DNA from: Pontiella sp.
GTDB taxonomy: Bacteria; Verrucomicrobiota; Kiritimatiellia; Kiritimatiellales; Pontiellaceae
Assembly: GCA_050290185.1 (NCBI GenBank)
Contig: JBNKHE010000001.1
Coordinates: forward strand, 482,713 to 546,712
Direction of reading: 5' to 3'
DNA length: 64,000 nt
The translations under genes and the position numbers were made by a program. Numbering within the stretch: position 1 is the stretch's first letter; each line of letters opens with the position of its first letter. The notes below the pieces were generated by a model. It was given only the letters and a program-made list of their open reading frames with translations, did not search any database and was not told the DNA's origin. Of this stretch, positions 48,379 to 59,639 are shown piece by piece.

Positions 48379-50088
48379 ATGCACGTTAAATCATCCCCGA
48401 TAAAGAAGACAGGTCTTGGTCTGGTGCTTCTTTTCATGTTGTTGTATCTCCTACCGCTCAACGTGCGGCAACTGGGAATCCCCGACGAAATGCGCTATGG
48501 TGAGATCGCCCGCGAAATGGTGACCTCCGGCGACTATGTATCGCCCCGACTTAATGGCCTGCGCTATTTTGAAAAACCGGCAGGGGGCCATGTACTCAAC
48601 GCGGTCGCCATGGAACTGTTCGGTGAAACCAACTTTGCGGTGCGCCTGATGCCGGCCCTCTTTGCCGGTCTGGCCGCCTGGGGGCTGTACTGGCTCATGC
48701 GGCGGAAATATTCCGTTGAAATCGCGGCCATGGGTGCCCTGATCCTGTTGACCTGCGGCGAATTCATGGCGGTAGGCACCTACAGTGCGCTCGACAGCAT
48801 TGTCACCGGTTTCATCACGCTGACGCTCTGCTGCTTCTACCCTGCCCTGGAATCCCGCGGCCTGAAGCGGGCCGGATGGCTGGCATTGACCGGCATATGT
48901 GCCGGCGGCGCGTTTCTGATCAAAGGCTTCATCGCCTTCGCCGTACCGGTGGTAGTGATCGTTCCCTTCCTGCTGATCCAAAGGCGATGGAAGGATCTTT
49001 TCATTCTGCCGTGGATTCCGTTGGTGGCTGCCATCGCCGTATCCCTGCCGTGGAGCCTGGCCATCGCCGCCCGCGAATCCGATTTCTGGCACTATTTCTT
49101 CTGGGAAGAGCACATCAACCGGTTTTTCTCGACGGAACACGCCCAGCATGAAAATCCATTCTGGTATTTCATCCCGGTCCTCATTCTGGGAGCGATACCG
49201 TGGACCTTCGTCGCCCCCCTGCCGTTGCGCGACCTGCTGCGCCGCCGCATCGGCGATCCCATGATCCGCTACGGGCTATGCTGGATGATCATGCCCTTTC
49301 TCTTCTTCTCCGCGTCCTCCGGCAAGCTGGGCACCTACATTCTCCCCTGTTTCCCTCCCTTTGCCCTGCTCCTGTCGGTAGCACTGGCCGACCGTTTTGA
49401 ACAAAAAAACGAACAGCGGTCGTTCACCGCCGGCCTCTATGTTTTCGGCAGTATTTTGGCTGTTGCACTGGTAGCCCTGCCGGTTGTTGCAGTCCTGAAT
49501 GCCCAGCACAAACTACCGGAACTCGACGCCCACATCGGGGTCAAACTTGCCGTAGTCTTCGCCGGATTATCATTCGCCCTCGCTTTCTTGATCGTGGCCC
49601 TGCGTTCCGGAAACCTTTACCGCAAGGCGGCATTGCTGGGCATCTCGACAGCGGTGTTCTTTGTCTCCATGACCAGCTGCGCACCGACCGAAATCTCCCC
49701 TACGCTCGGCTTCCAGGGATTTCTTGAATCGCAACGCGCGAATGTCGGTCCGGATACCATCCTCATCGGCGACCCCAAGACCACCCATGCGATGTGCTAC
49801 GTATACAAACGGGACGACATCTATCTTTTCCACCGAATGGGCGAATTTGATTACGGTCTATCCTATCCCGAAGCCCGGAACCGGTTCCTTGATACCGACG
49901 GATTGGTAGACTTTATCCGCAACCGGGGTGACAAGCGGGTGGTCATGGCCATCAAGGCAGGGCGCGGCAAATCCACCAAGGCCCGGCTGCCCCGTCCCTC
50001 GCACCAGCAGGAATGGCTCAACATCTGGTTTGCCGTATATGAACCCCAGACTGTACCATCCCCCGCGTTGAACAAAGAAAGACTATAG
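48379..50088 (+). CDS. arnT: Lipid A 4-amino-4-deoxy-L-arabinose transferase (GT83)
   Basis: [46 protein letters not shown]; many TM helices. Confidence 0.9.
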   Translation: MHVKSSPIKKTGLGLVLLFMLLYLLPLNVRQLGIPDEMRYGEIAREMVTSGDYVSPRLNGLRYFEKPAGGHVLNAVAMELFGETNFAVRLMPALFAGLAAWGLYWLMRRKYSVEIAAMGALILLTCGEFMAVGTYSALDSIVTGFITLTLCCFYPALESRGLKRAGWLALTGICAGGAFLIKGFIAFAVPVVVIVPFLLIQRRWKDLFILPWIPLVAAIAVSLPWSLAIAARESDFWHYFFWEEHINRFFSTEHAQHENPFWYFIPVLILGAIPWTFVAPLPLRDLLRRRIGDPMIRYGLCWMIMPFLFFSASSGKLGTYILPCFPPFALLLSVALADRFEQKNEQRSFTAGLYVFGSILAVALVALPVVAVLNAQHKLPELDAHIGVKLAVVFAGLSFALAFLIVALRSGNLYRKAALLGISTAVFFVSMTSCAPTEISPTLGFQGFLESQRANVGPDTILIGDPKTTHAMCYVYKRDDIYLFHRMGEFDYGLSYPEARNRFLDTDGLVDFIRNRGDKRVVMAIKAGRGKSTKARLPRPSHQQEWLNIWFAVYEPQTVPSPALNKERL

Positions 50089-50089
50089 C

Positions 50090-51244
50090 ATGAGAGACCG
50101 TTTCCTGCCGTTTTCAACGCCCTCGATTTCCGAAGAGGAAATTGCGGCCGTTGCCGATGTGCTCCGTTCCGGCTGGATTACCACCGGACCCAACTGCGCC
50201 AAATTCGAGGACGCCTTTTCCGAATACACCGGCGCGGCCGGATCCGTGGCCGTCTGCTCCGCCACCGGCGGCATGCACTGCGTCCTTCAGGCGCTCGGAA
50301 TCGGTGATGGAGACGAAGTCATTACGCCCTCCATGACCTGGGTTTCCACTGTCAATATAACCTGCCTGCTGGGAGCAACGCCCGTCTTTGCAGACGTCGA
50401 CCGCGACACGCTGATGATTTCGCGCGAAACCGTTGAACCACTCATCACCGAAAAGACCAAGGCCATCATCCCCGTCCACTATGCCGGTGCGCCGGCCGAT
50501 CTAGATCCGCTCCGCCAGCTGGCCGCCGAACGCGGCATTGCACTGATCGAGGACGCCGCCCATGCCGCCGGAACTGAATACAAAGGCGAGCGCATCGGTA
50601 AAACCGGCACCATCATCTTTTCCTTCCACCCCATCAAGAACATGACCACCGGCGAAGGCGGTATGGTCTGCTCCGATGACGAGGAGCTGCTCGCCAAGGT
50701 GAAGTCGCTCAAGTTCCACGGGCTGGGCGTCGACGCCTTCGACCGCCAGACTCACGGTCGCGCACCGCAGGCGCAGGTACTCCAGCCGGGCTACAAATAC
50801 AACCTGACCGATATTGCCGCCGTGCTTGGCCTCGGCCAGCTGGCCCGCCTCGACGAATTCAACGCCCGCCGCACGGAACTCGCAAAACGCTACCACGAAC
50901 AGCTGGCCGATATTCCGGAAATCATGCCGCTCGGCCAGCCGGACTATGCGCATGCGCATGCATGGCACCTGTTTATTGTCCGTCTCGATATCGAAGCGGC
51001 CGGCATGGACCGCGACGCCTTCATGGCGGCGCTCAAGGAGCAGAACATTGGCACCGGCCTGCATTTCCGGGCCGTCCATCTCCAGAAATACTATACCGAC
51101 CACCTCAGTATGCAGCGCGGCATGCTGCCCGACACAGAATGGAATTCCGACCGCATCCTGTCCCTGCCGCTCTGCCCATCGATGTCGGACGCCGATGTGG
51201 TCGACGTGATCGAAGCCATCAAAACGGTTCTGAAAAAAGGATAA
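50090..51244 (+). CDS. arnB: UDP-4-amino-4-deoxy-L-arabinose aminotransferase
   Basis: [49 protein letters not shown]. Confidence 0.95.
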   Translation: MRDRFLPFSTPSISEEEIAAVADVLRSGWITTGPNCAKFEDAFSEYTGAAGSVAVCSATGGMHCVLQALGIGDGDEVITPSMTWVSTVNITCLLGATPVFADVDRDTLMISRETVEPLITEKTKAIIPVHYAGAPADLDPLRQLAAERGIALIEDAAHAAGTEYKGERIGKTGTIIFSFHPIKNMTTGEGGMVCSDDEELLAKVKSLKFHGLGVDAFDRQTHGRAPQAQVLQPGYKYNLTDIAAVLGLGQLARLDEFNARRTELAKRYHEQLADIPEIMPLGQPDYAHAHAWHLFIVRLDIEAAGMDRDAFMAALKEQNIGTGLHFRAVHLQKYYTDHLSMQRGMLPDTEWNSDRILSLPLCPSMSDADVVDVIEAIKTVLKKG

Positions 51245-51247
51245 CCC

Positions 51248-52183
51248 ATGCAAACCTCCGTCGTCATCCCGGTCTACAATGAACAGGAAAATCTCCCCGA
51301 ACTCATCCGCCGCTCGCTGGAAGCCTGCGAAAAACTGGAATCCACCTACGAAATCATTCTCATCGACGACGGCAGCCGCGACCAATCCGCCCAAATGATT
51401 TCCGATGCCGCCGAGGAGCACGAAGGTAAGATCATCGGCGTCCTGCTCAACCGCAACTATGGCCAGCACGCCGCCGTCATGGCCGGCTTTTCCCATGCGC
51501 GCGGCGACTATGTCATCACGCTCGACGCCGACCTGCAGAACCCGCCGGAGGAAATCCCGAACGTCGTGGCCAAGATGCGCGAAGGCTATGACGTCGTCGG
51601 AACCATCCGCCAAAACCGCCAGGATTCGTTCCTGCGCACCCTGCCCTCCAAGATGGTCAACAAGGTGGTGCAAAAATCGACCGGCGTGCTGATGCACGAC
51701 TATGGCTGCATGCTGCGCGGCTATACCCGCGAGATTGTTGAGACGATGTGCCAATGCCGTGAACGCAGCACCTTCATTCCGGTGCTGGCCAACACCTTCG
51801 CCCACAAGGTGACCGAAATTCCCGTTGGCCACAACGAACGGACGGACGGCGACTCGAAATACAGTTTCTGGAAACTGATCAACCTGCAGTTCGATCTGCT
51901 CACGAGCATTACGACCTTCCCGCTGCGTGTGCTGAGCGTTATTGGCGGTATCGTCTCCGCCTTCGGCATCGGACTGGGCCTGCTCATTCTCGTCATGCGC
52001 CTCATCCGGGGTTCCGATTGGGCAGCCGAAGGCGTGTTCACGCTGTTTGCCATTCTGTTTGTGTTTGTCGGAGCGCAGTTTATCGGCCTCGGTCTGCTCG
52101 GGGAGTACATCGGACGCATCTACCACGATGTCCGGGACCGCCCCCGCTATTTCGTCCGCAAGGTGGTCGGACGCGAAATTTAA
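51248..52183 (+). CDS. arnC: Undecaprenyl-phosphate 4-deoxy-4-formamido-L-arabinose transferase
   Basis: [41 protein letters not shown], two C-terminal TMs. Confidence 0.94.
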   Translation: MQTSVVIPVYNEQENLPELIRRSLEACEKLESTYEIILIDDGSRDQSAQMISDAAEEHEGKIIGVLLNRNYGQHAAVMAGFSHARGDYVITLDADLQNPPEEIPNVVAKMREGYDVVGTIRQNRQDSFLRTLPSKMVNKVVQKSTGVLMHDYGCMLRGYTREIVETMCQCRERSTFIPVLANTFAHKVTEIPVGHNERTDGDSKYSFWKLINLQFDLLTSITTFPLRVLSVIGGIVSAFGIGLGLLILVMRLIRGSDWAAEGVFTLFAILFVFVGAQFIGLGLLGEYIGRIYHDVRDRPRYFVRKVVGREI

Positions 52184-52204
52184 CTCGTAACGTAAGGAAG
52201 CATT

Positions 52205-54208
52205 ATGAAAGCAGTTGTATTGGCCTATCATTCGATCGGATGCGAAGGCATCAAAGCCCTGATGGGGAGCGGCTATGAAATTGCCGCCATTTTTACCCAC
52301 ACCGATAATCCGAACGAAAACATCTGGTTCGACTCGGTATCCGAGCTCGCAGCAAAAAATGGGATTCCGGTTTATGCCCCGGAAGATATCAACCACGCGG
52401 TTTGGGAAAAGCGCATCCGCAGTATGGCGCCCGATATTATCTTTTCGTTCTACTATCGCGACATGGTCAAGGCGGCCATCCTGGACATTCCGCCGAAAGG
52501 CTGCATCAACCTGCACGGGTCCCTGCTTCCGGCCTACCGCGGGCGCTGCCCGGTCAACTGGGCCATCGTCAATGGCGAAACCGAAACCGGCGTGACCTTG
52601 CACTACATGACCCCGAAGGCCGACGACGGCGACATCATCGCGCAGCGGAAAATCGAAATCAGCTATGACGACTCGGCAAAATCGCTGTTTGAAAAAACGA
52701 TCACCGAAGCCGAAATCCTGCTGGCGGAAACGTTGCCGATCATCAAGGACGGCACCGCTCCACGCACCGAACAGGACGAATCCAAGGCGTCCTATTATGG
52801 AGGACGGAAACCCGCCGACGGGGAAATCGACTGGACGCAGGATGCCGAGACCGTTCGTAATCTAATCCGCGCGGTCACCAAACCCTACCCCGGGGCCTTC
52901 ACCTATATCGGCGACCGCAAGTGCCTGATCTGGCAGGTTTCCACCGATAACGCCAAAGCAGATTCCGCGCCCGGCACCATTCTTTCCATTGAGCCGCTCA
53001 CCGTGGCCTGCGGCACCGGCTGTGTGGTTGTGGAATCGGCCCAGCTCGAAGCCGGCGTCATGTGCTCGGGATCGCAGTTTGCCCAGGATTCGCTGTTGCA
53101 GCCCAACATGAAATTCGGCCCGAACCTGTCGGCCAAGTTCGAAGCGGATCGAAAGAAGAGCATCCTGATTCTGGGTGTGAACGGATTTATCGGCAGCCAT
53201 ATCAGCGACAAACTGACCGCCAGCGGAAAATATGATGTGTACGGCCTCGATCTGCGGTCCAACTATATCGACCACCTGCTGGATCACCCCAACTTTAACT
53301 TCCGCGAAGGCGACATCTCCATTCACAACGAATGGATCGAATACCATATTCGCAAGTGCGACGTGGTCCTGCCGCTGGTGGCCATTGCCACGCCGATCGA
53401 ATACACCCGCAATCCGCTGCGCGTCTTCGAACTCGACTTCGAGGAAAACCTGCGGACGGTTCGCTCCTGCGTAAAATATGGAAAGCGCATCATCTTCCCG
53501 TCGACGTCCGAAGTCTACGGCATGTGCCCGGACGAAAATTTCGACGAAGAATCTTCGCCGCTCGTAACCGGACCGATCAAAAACCAACGCTGGATCTATT
53601 CCTGCGCGAAGCAGATGCTCGACCGCGTCATCTGGGCCTACGGTTCCAGAGGCGAACTTCAGTTCACGCTGTTCCGCCCCTTCAACTGGATCGGGCCACG
53701 GCTCGACACCCTCAAATCCGCGCGTGTCGGATCGTCCCGCGCCATTACCCAGCTGATCCTGAACCTTTGCCAGGGATCGCCCATCCAGCTGGTTGACGGC
53801 GGTGAGCAGAAGCGTGCATTCGTCGATTATGAAGATGCGATCGAAGCGCTCTTCCGCATCATCGAAAACAAGGACGGCCTGTGCGACAGCCAGATCATCA
53901 ACATCGGATATCCGGAAAACGAAGCCAGCGTCCGCGAGCTCGCCGACATTCTGGTTAAGCGGTTCGATGCCCACCCGCTGCGCAGCAAGTTCCCGCCCTT
54001 TGCCGGATGTGTCGAGGTCGAAAGCGGAACATTCTACGGCAAAGGATACCAGGATATGCAGCGCCGGGTTCCGAGCATCAAGAATGCGAAGAAATTCCTC
54101 GATTGGGAGCCGGGAATTTCATTCGAGGAATCCATCGATAAAACCCTCGATTTCTTCCTGCAGCAGGCCGTCGATTCAAACCTGTTCGGCGACGAAGACT
54201 ACAGCTAA
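52205..54208 (+). CDS. arnA: Bifunctional UDP-glucuronate oxidase/decarboxylase and UDP-Ara4N formyltransferase
   Basis: Formyltransferase [59 protein letters not shown]. Confidence 0.96.
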   Translation: MKAVVLAYHSIGCEGIKALMGSGYEIAAIFTHTDNPNENIWFDSVSELAAKNGIPVYAPEDINHAVWEKRIRSMAPDIIFSFYYRDMVKAAILDIPPKGCINLHGSLLPAYRGRCPVNWAIVNGETETGVTLHYMTPKADDGDIIAQRKIEISYDDSAKSLFEKTITEAEILLAETLPIIKDGTAPRTEQDESKASYYGGRKPADGEIDWTQDAETVRNLIRAVTKPYPGAFTYIGDRKCLIWQVSTDNAKADSAPGTILSIEPLTVACGTGCVVVESAQLEAGVMCSGSQFAQDSLLQPNMKFGPNLSAKFEADRKKSILILGVNGFIGSHISDKLTASGKYDVYGLDLRSNYIDHLLDHPNFNFREGDISIHNEWIEYHIRKCDVVLPLVAIATPIEYTRNPLRVFELDFEENLRTVRSCVKYGKRIIFPSTSEVYGMCPDENFDEESSPLVTGPIKNQRWIYSCAKQMLDRVIWAYGSRGELQFTLFRPFNWIGPRLDTLKSARVGSSRAITQLILNLCQGSPIQLVDGGEQKRAFVDYEDAIEALFRIIENKDGLCDSQIINIGYPENEASVRELADILVKRFDAHPLRSKFPPFAGCVEVESGTFYGKGYQDMQRRVPSIKNAKKFLDWEPGISFEESIDKTLDFFLQQAVDSNLFGDEDYS

Positions 54209-54219
54209 CCGGCGACTCC

Positions 54220-55113
54220 ATGAAACTCGGCCTCCGTATCGATGTAGACACCTATCGGGGAACCCGGCTGGGGGTTCCGGCCCTTTGCGATGTGCTGGCC
54301 AGGCATGGCGTAAAGGGCTCGTTCTTCTTTTCGGTCGGACCGGACAACATGGGACGGCACCTGTGGCGGCTGCTCAAGCCGGCGTTTCTCATAAAGATGA
54401 TGCGGAGCAATGCGGCCAGCCTCTACGGCTGGGACATCCTGTTGCGCGGCACCTTCTTTCCCGGCCCCGTCATCGGAAAAAAATGGGCGGCGGAAATCCG
54501 GTGTCCATCTGATGAGGGGCACGAAATAGGCCTGCACGCCTGGGACCACCATGCCTGGCAGGCAAAGATTGATCGCATGAATCCTGCCGCGCAGTTCCGG
54601 CATCTGGACCAAGGCTTCCAGATGCTGCAGGAAATCTGCGGAAAAGCACCGACCTGCTCCGCCGCACCGGGATGGAAGGCCAACGAGGAAACACTGCTCC
54701 AGAAGGAATTGTTTCCTTTCCAGTACAACAGCGATTGCCGCGGCGACTCCATTTTCATGCCGCAAGTCGACGAACGACGGCTCACCCAGCCGCAGATTCC
54801 AGTCACCCTGCCCACCTACGACGAGATCATCGGACGCGACGGAATCACGAATGACAACTTCAACGGCCACATCCTATCGTTGATCAAGCACGGTCAGCTC
54901 AACGTCCTAACCATCCACGCCGAGGTCGAAGGTATCGTATGCCACGACCTGTTCGACGATTTTCTTTCGCAAGCCGCTGAACGAGGCATCGAAGTGGTCC
55001 CCTGCGGTAGCCTGATCGATTCTGGAGCCGAGCAGCCCGCTGACCGCGTCGTTCCGCGGGAGCTGCCCGGACGCGAGGGATGGATCGCATTCCAAAATTC
55101 CACCCAAGTCTAA
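54220..55113 (+). CDS. arnD: 4-deoxy-4-formamido-L-arabinose-phosphoundecaprenol deformylase
   Basis: LRIDVDTYRGTRLGVP, FSVGPDNMGRHLWR, GLHAWDH, TLPTYDE, TIHAEVEG. Confidence 0.94.
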   Translation: MKLGLRIDVDTYRGTRLGVPALCDVLARHGVKGSFFFSVGPDNMGRHLWRLLKPAFLIKMMRSNAASLYGWDILLRGTFFPGPVIGKKWAAEIRCPSDEGHEIGLHAWDHHAWQAKIDRMNPAAQFRHLDQGFQMLQEICGKAPTCSAAPGWKANEETLLQKELFPFQYNSDCRGDSIFMPQVDERRLTQPQIPVTLPTYDEIIGRDGITNDNFNGHILSLIKHGQLNVLTIHAEVEGIVCHDLFDDFLSQAAERGIEVVPCGSLIDSGAEQPADRVVPRELPGREGWIAFQNSTQV

Positions 55114-55175
55114 ACCCTTTCAAAACAAGCTGATAACCAGATTCTAACATTTTAGGGATTGTTAGCGTTCGGTAA
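55111..55175 (+). promoter_or_regulatory. Candidate Pho box array upstream of phoB
   Basis: TAAAC 55111, AAAAC 55122, ATAAC 55133, CTAAC 55144 (11-bp period), then inverted TTTAG 55151 and GTTAG 55161. Confidence 0.6.
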
Positions 55176-55193
55176 ATGGGGAACATTGTCGGC

Positions 55194-55892
55194 ATGGAAA
55201 AGATCAAGATTCTGGTTGTCGAAGATGAAGCACCGATTCAGGAGCTATTGCAGTTTAATCTAGAACGGAGCAAGTATCGTGTAACGGTAGTGGACTCCGG
55301 CGAGGAAGCGCTGGAAGAGGCGGCCAGGCTCCAGCCCAACCTGATCCTGCTCGATATCATGCTTCCGGGCGCCGACGGGCTGGAGGTGTGCAAGCAACTG
55401 AAGGTCAATTCCAGAACCCGGAACATTCCGATCATCATGCTGACGGCCCTTTGCGAGGAGGCCGACATTGTGACCGGTCTGGAGCTGGGTGCGGACGACT
55501 ACATCACCAAGCCCTTCAGCCCGCGGGTACTGCTGGCACGCGTTAAAGCCGCCCTGCGCCGCATCGAGTCGGCCAAACCGGTTGAAACCGACGGGGAACT
55601 GATCAATATCCACGACATCTCAATTGATGTCGGCCGCCACAAAGTGGAAGCGGACGGCGAAGCCATAACGCTGACCTTCACCGAGTTCAAGGTCCTGCAG
55701 CTCCTCGCCAGCCAGCCGGGCCGGGTGTTCACCCGCTACCAGATCGTCGACGCCGTCCACGGCGACGACTATCCCGTAACCGACCGTTCGGTGGACGTGC
55801 AGATTGTGGGCCTCCGCAAAAAGCTGGGCGATGCGGGACAATACATTGAGACCGTGCGAGGCATCGGTTACCGCTTCAAAGAAGATGATTAG
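55194..55892 (+). CDS. phoB: Phosphate regulon response regulator PhoB
   Basis: VVEDEAPIQEL, LLDIMLPG, GADDYITKPFSPR, winged HTH; precedes a PhoR-like kinase, Na/Pi transporters and pstS. Confidence 0.88.
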   Translation: MEKIKILVVEDEAPIQELLQFNLERSKYRVTVVDSGEEALEEAARLQPNLILLDIMLPGADGLEVCKQLKVNSRTRNIPIIMLTALCEEADIVTGLELGADDYITKPFSPRVLLARVKAALRRIESAKPVETDGELINIHDISIDVGRHKVEADGEAITLTFTEFKVLQLLASQPGRVFTRYQIVDAVHGDDYPVTDRSVDVQIVGLRKKLGDAGQYIETVRGIGYRFKEDD

Positions 55893-55910
55893 CATCTGGA
55901 ACGGCGGAAC

Positions 55911-57701
55911 GTGAAAAAAAGGCATTTATTCTGGTTGCTGCTTCCCTCCTACTGGGTGCTGACTGCTATTGCGATCCTGGTGGTGGCTCTGTATGCCTTC
56001 CATTCGATGAAAAGCCTGTATTTCCAAACTCTGGAAACCGGCATACTCACCCGCGCCACCCTGCTGGCCGAACAGGTCACCCCGCTCGTAGCAAGCGGGG
56101 ATATGGATGCCATCGACCGATTGTGCAAGAAGCTGGGCAAATCCGTCGACACCCGCTTTACCGTGATTCTTCCGGACGGCAAGGTCGCGGGAGACTCCGA
56201 TGAAAACCCCGGCGAGATGGAATATCACGGGAACCGCCCCGAAATCCGGCAGGCACTGGGCGGTGAAACCGGCATGGACCAACGCTATAGCCGGACGGTA
56301 AAACAGGATATGATGTATCTGGCCGTTCCCCTCAGGGATGCCAACAAGGAAATCTGCTGTGCTGTGCGCGCATCCCTGCCGATGACGGCGATCCAGGGCG
56401 AACTGAATACGATGACAAGCCGCGTGGTTGCAGCCTCCCTGCTTACAGGGATCCTGGCGATGGTGGTCTGCATTGTCATGGTGCGCCGAATCACCTTTCC
56501 CCTGCGCGGCATGGGGGCCGCCGCCCGCAGCTTTGCCGAAGGCGACTTCCACCATCGTATCCCCGCCCAGCAGGCCTTCGAACTGGACCAGCTGGCCGAA
56601 TCCTTGAATTCCATGTCCGACCAGCTCAACAAAACCCTGTCCACCTTGAGCGCACAGCGCAATGAACAGGCGGCCGTGCTGACGAGCATGAACGAAGGCG
56701 TGCTGGCCATCGACAAGAAGGAACGGGTTATCCACATGAACCGCGTCGCTGGGGAAATCCTGAATGTAAACCACCAGGAAGCCAAGCGCTCCCTGGTTCA
56801 ACAGACCGTTCGCTTCGCCAATCTTCAGGAATTCATCAAGACGGTGCTGGGTGCGCAAAAACCGCGGTCGCGCGACCTCACGCTGCGCGGAAAAACAGAA
56901 AAACAGATCCAAGCCAGCGGCACGGTATTGAAGAATGCGGCCGGCGATTCCATCGGGGCACTCATCGTCCTGCGCGACGTCACCCAGTTACGCCACCTGG
57001 AAACCGTACGCTCCGATTTCGTGGCCAATGTCTCCCATGAATTGAAGACCCCGATCACCTCTATCAAAGGCTTTGTGGAAACCCTCCTCTCCGACGGATG
57101 GAATCACGATGCAGAAACGCTGCGGTTTCTGGAAATCATCAACCAGCAGGCCGGACGCCTTAACGCCATCATTGACGATCTACTGACCCTTTCCCGCCTC
57201 GAACAGAAAGAGGGTCATGTGATGACCGAGCAGTGCAACCTGGCCTCCACCATCGAATCGGCCATCTATCTCTGCCAGTTGCAGGCCGGCAAGAAAAACA
57301 TACAGATCGAGATGACCTGCCCTCCCGATCTCACCCTTTCCATCAACGGTCCGTTGCTGGAACAGGCCCTCGTAAACCTGATCATCAATGCGATCAAGTA
57401 TTCCGAACCCAATAAGAAAGTGCTCCTGCTGGCTGAACAACAGACCGAAAAGGTAGCGATCTACGTTAAAGACGAAGGATTCGGCATTGAGCACAAACAC
57501 CTCGACCGGCTTTTCGAACGGTTTTACAGGGTCGACACAGCCCGCAGCCGCAAACTGGGCGGAACGGGGCTCGGACTATCGATTGTAAAACATATCATAC
57601 AGGCCCATAATGGACATATCCGGGTCGAGAGCAAGGTCGGCGCCGGAAGCACGTTCATCATCACCCTCCCATTCGTCATTCCACCGGTAGAAAACCGCTA
57701 A
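55911..57701 (+). CDS. phoR: Phosphate sensor histidine kinase PhoR (TM-HAMP-PAS-HisKA-HATPase)
   Basis: HGNRPE sensor segment, DFVANVSHELKTPITSIKGFVETL, NAIKYS, FERFYRVD, GGTGLGLSIVKH. Confidence 0.9.
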   Translation: MKKRHLFWLLLPSYWVLTAIAILVVALYAFHSMKSLYFQTLETGILTRATLLAEQVTPLVASGDMDAIDRLCKKLGKSVDTRFTVILPDGKVAGDSDENPGEMEYHGNRPEIRQALGGETGMDQRYSRTVKQDMMYLAVPLRDANKEICCAVRASLPMTAIQGELNTMTSRVVAASLLTGILAMVVCIVMVRRITFPLRGMGAAARSFAEGDFHHRIPAQQAFELDQLAESLNSMSDQLNKTLSTLSAQRNEQAAVLTSMNEGVLAIDKKERVIHMNRVAGEILNVNHQEAKRSLVQQTVRFANLQEFIKTVLGAQKPRSRDLTLRGKTEKQIQASGTVLKNAAGDSIGALIVLRDVTQLRHLETVRSDFVANVSHELKTPITSIKGFVETLLSDGWNHDAETLRFLEIINQQAGRLNAIIDDLLTLSRLEQKEGHVMTEQCNLASTIESAIYLCQLQAGKKNIQIEMTCPPDLTLSINGPLLEQALVNLIINAIKYSEPNKKVLLLAEQQTEKVAIYVKDEGFGIEHKHLDRLFERFYRVDTARSRKLGGTGLGLSIVKHIIQAHNGHIRVESKVGAGSTFIITLPFVIPPVENR

Positions 57702-57748
57702 CAAATTGCTAACATTTAAAGGTTAGCTTCCTGTTAGGTTTTTGCTAG
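57698..57748 (+). promoter_or_regulatory. Candidate Pho box array (convergent direct repeats) upstream of the first Na/Pi cotransporter
   Basis: CTAAC 57698, CTAAC 57709, then GTTAG 57722, GTTAG 57733, GCTAG 57744. Confidence 0.7.
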
Positions 57749-57787
57749 TTTTCGCGCGCATTTATTAACCGAACCGGGGGAGAGAGA

Positions 57788-59488
57788 ATGGACGTTGACT
57801 TGTTTTTCAAGATTGCCTTCGAGGTGGTCGGCGGGTTGGGCATATTCCTGCTGGGCATGAAATTCATGTCGGAAGGACTGCAGGCTGTGTCGGGTGATCG
57901 TTTGCGCAAGATGATCGGTGCGGTCACCAACAACCGCATCATGGGCGTGCTTGTTGGCTTGGCCGTAACCTGCCTCGTGCAGTCAAGTTCGGTGACCACC
58001 GTCATGGTGGTCGGATTCGTGAACTCCGGCATCATGACCCTGATGCAAGCCATAGGGGTTGTTTTCGGCGCCAACATCGGCACTACCATCACTGGATGGA
58101 TCCTCGTGCTTCATATTGGGAAATACGGTCTTCCCATTCTGGGCATTGCTGCCTTCCTGTTCTTGTTCTCCAAGAATGAACGGGCCCGGTATATCGGCAT
58201 GACGATCATGGGAATCGGGATGGTCTTCTTCGGGCTGGAACTGATGAAAAACGGCTTCAAGCCCCTACGTTCGCACGAAGAATTCAATGCGTGGTTCCAC
58301 GCGTTTCAGGCCACCTCCTACCTAGGCATCATTAAATGCGCCTCCGTCGGCATGATCCTGACCATGATCGTCCAGTCCTCCTCCGCCACACTGGGGATCA
58401 CGATCGGCCTCGCGGCGACCGGCGTCATCGAGTTCCAGACGGCCGCGGCTCTGGTAATGGGAGAAAACATCGGCACCACCATTACCGCCTGGCTGGCTTC
58501 GCTCGGGACCACCACGACCGCCAAGCGCGCAGCCTATGCGCACGTCCTGTTCAACGTACTGGGTACGGCTTGGTTCATTGCCCTGTTCCCCGTGGCGATT
58601 AAAGGCCTCTCCTCTCTGATAGAGACGAAAACGGGCTACAATCCTCTTGAAGTCAAAGTTGCCGATATGGATGAAGCAGAATTCGGACAGATTATCACGG
58701 CAGGTATCGCGTTGACCCACACTTCATTCAACGTGGCCAACGTCATTATTTTCCTTCCATTCGCCGGTCTGCTGGGCAAGCTGGTGACGAAACTCGTTCC
58801 AGAGAAGGAAACCAAGGAAGTCAGCCACCTCACCTATCTCGACGTCCGTATGCTGGATACCCCGTCACTGGGCATTGTTCAGTCGCAGGGACAGCTGAAT
58901 TTCATGGCCGAAAGCGTTGAAGGCATGATGGAGCAACTGCGCACCTGCCTGGAAGAAGGAATCAGTGACGGTAAGCTGGTGACCAGGATATTCCACCGCG
59001 AAGAAATCCTCGATAATGTCCAAAAGGAAATCTTTCTGTACCTCAGCAACATGGTATCCGGCCAGGTTCCGCACGATATTACCAGCAAGGCCCACAGGCA
59101 GATGCGTATTGCCGATGAATATGAATCGCTTAGCGACTACATCACCAACGTGCTCAAGGGTCTCCGTAAAATGGAACAAAATGGACTAGCGCTCGATGGC
59201 CCCGCACGAGAAAAACTGCTGACGTTGCATGATCGGGCAACGGCATATATTAAGCGCGTGAACCAGAGCATGAAGGCGGAAAGCAAGGATGATCTCACGT
59301 GGGCCACCTCCGAAGGCGCCGCTATTGGTGAACTGATGAAGGAATTCCGCCGCCAGCATCTTGAACGCCTGCAGAAGGAAGAGGTTTCTCCGTTCTTCAG
59401 CCTGGCCTTCACCGACATGCTTAATTTCTATCGCCGAATGAAGGACCACTCGCTGAATATTGCCGAAGTGGTGGCTGGCGAGAAATAG
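57788..59488 (+). CDS. Na+/phosphate cotransporter family protein with C-terminal PhoU-like domain (copy 1)
   Basis: GGLGIFLLGM, two QSSS repeats, GANIGTT/GENIGTT, helical C-terminus ending DHSLNIAE. Confidence 0.92.
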   Translation: MDVDLFFKIAFEVVGGLGIFLLGMKFMSEGLQAVSGDRLRKMIGAVTNNRIMGVLVGLAVTCLVQSSSVTTVMVVGFVNSGIMTLMQAIGVVFGANIGTTITGWILVLHIGKYGLPILGIAAFLFLFSKNERARYIGMTIMGIGMVFFGLELMKNGFKPLRSHEEFNAWFHAFQATSYLGIIKCASVGMILTMIVQSSSATLGITIGLAATGVIEFQTAAALVMGENIGTTITAWLASLGTTTTAKRAAYAHVLFNVLGTAWFIALFPVAIKGLSSLIETKTGYNPLEVKVADMDEAEFGQIITAGIALTHTSFNVANVIIFLPFAGLLGKLVTKLVPEKETKEVSHLTYLDVRMLDTPSLGIVQSQGQLNFMAESVEGMMEQLRTCLEEGISDGKLVTRIFHREEILDNVQKEIFLYLSNMVSGQVPHDITSKAHRQMRIADEYESLSDYITNVLKGLRKMEQNGLALDGPAREKLLTLHDRATAYIKRVNQSMKAESKDDLTWATSEGAAIGELMKEFRRQHLERLQKEEVSPFFSLAFTDMLNFYRRMKDHSLNIAEVVAGEK

Positions 59489-59510
59489 CACAACAAAACC
59501 CTTGTTTCCG

Positions 59511-59542
59511 AAAGGCTCTTCCTCGACAGGAAGGGCCTTTTT
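59511..59542 (+). terminator. Rho-independent terminator between the two Na/Pi genes
   Basis: AAAGGCTCTTCCT-CGAC-AGGAAGGGCCTTT followed by T residues. Confidence 0.75.
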
Positions 59543-59639
59543 CCTTTGTTAGGAGCCCTTGGCGCCAAGCAATACCCCATTATTATGTAGTTTATTCCGG
59601 AGATTTTGATAGCTTGTCGCTCTGAATTTTTAACAGGGG

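Noticed and set aside
50501..52603. 700 aa minus-strand ORF
   Set aside because: Antisense shadow of arnB/arnC/arnA in GC-rich coding DNA; no recognisable motifs
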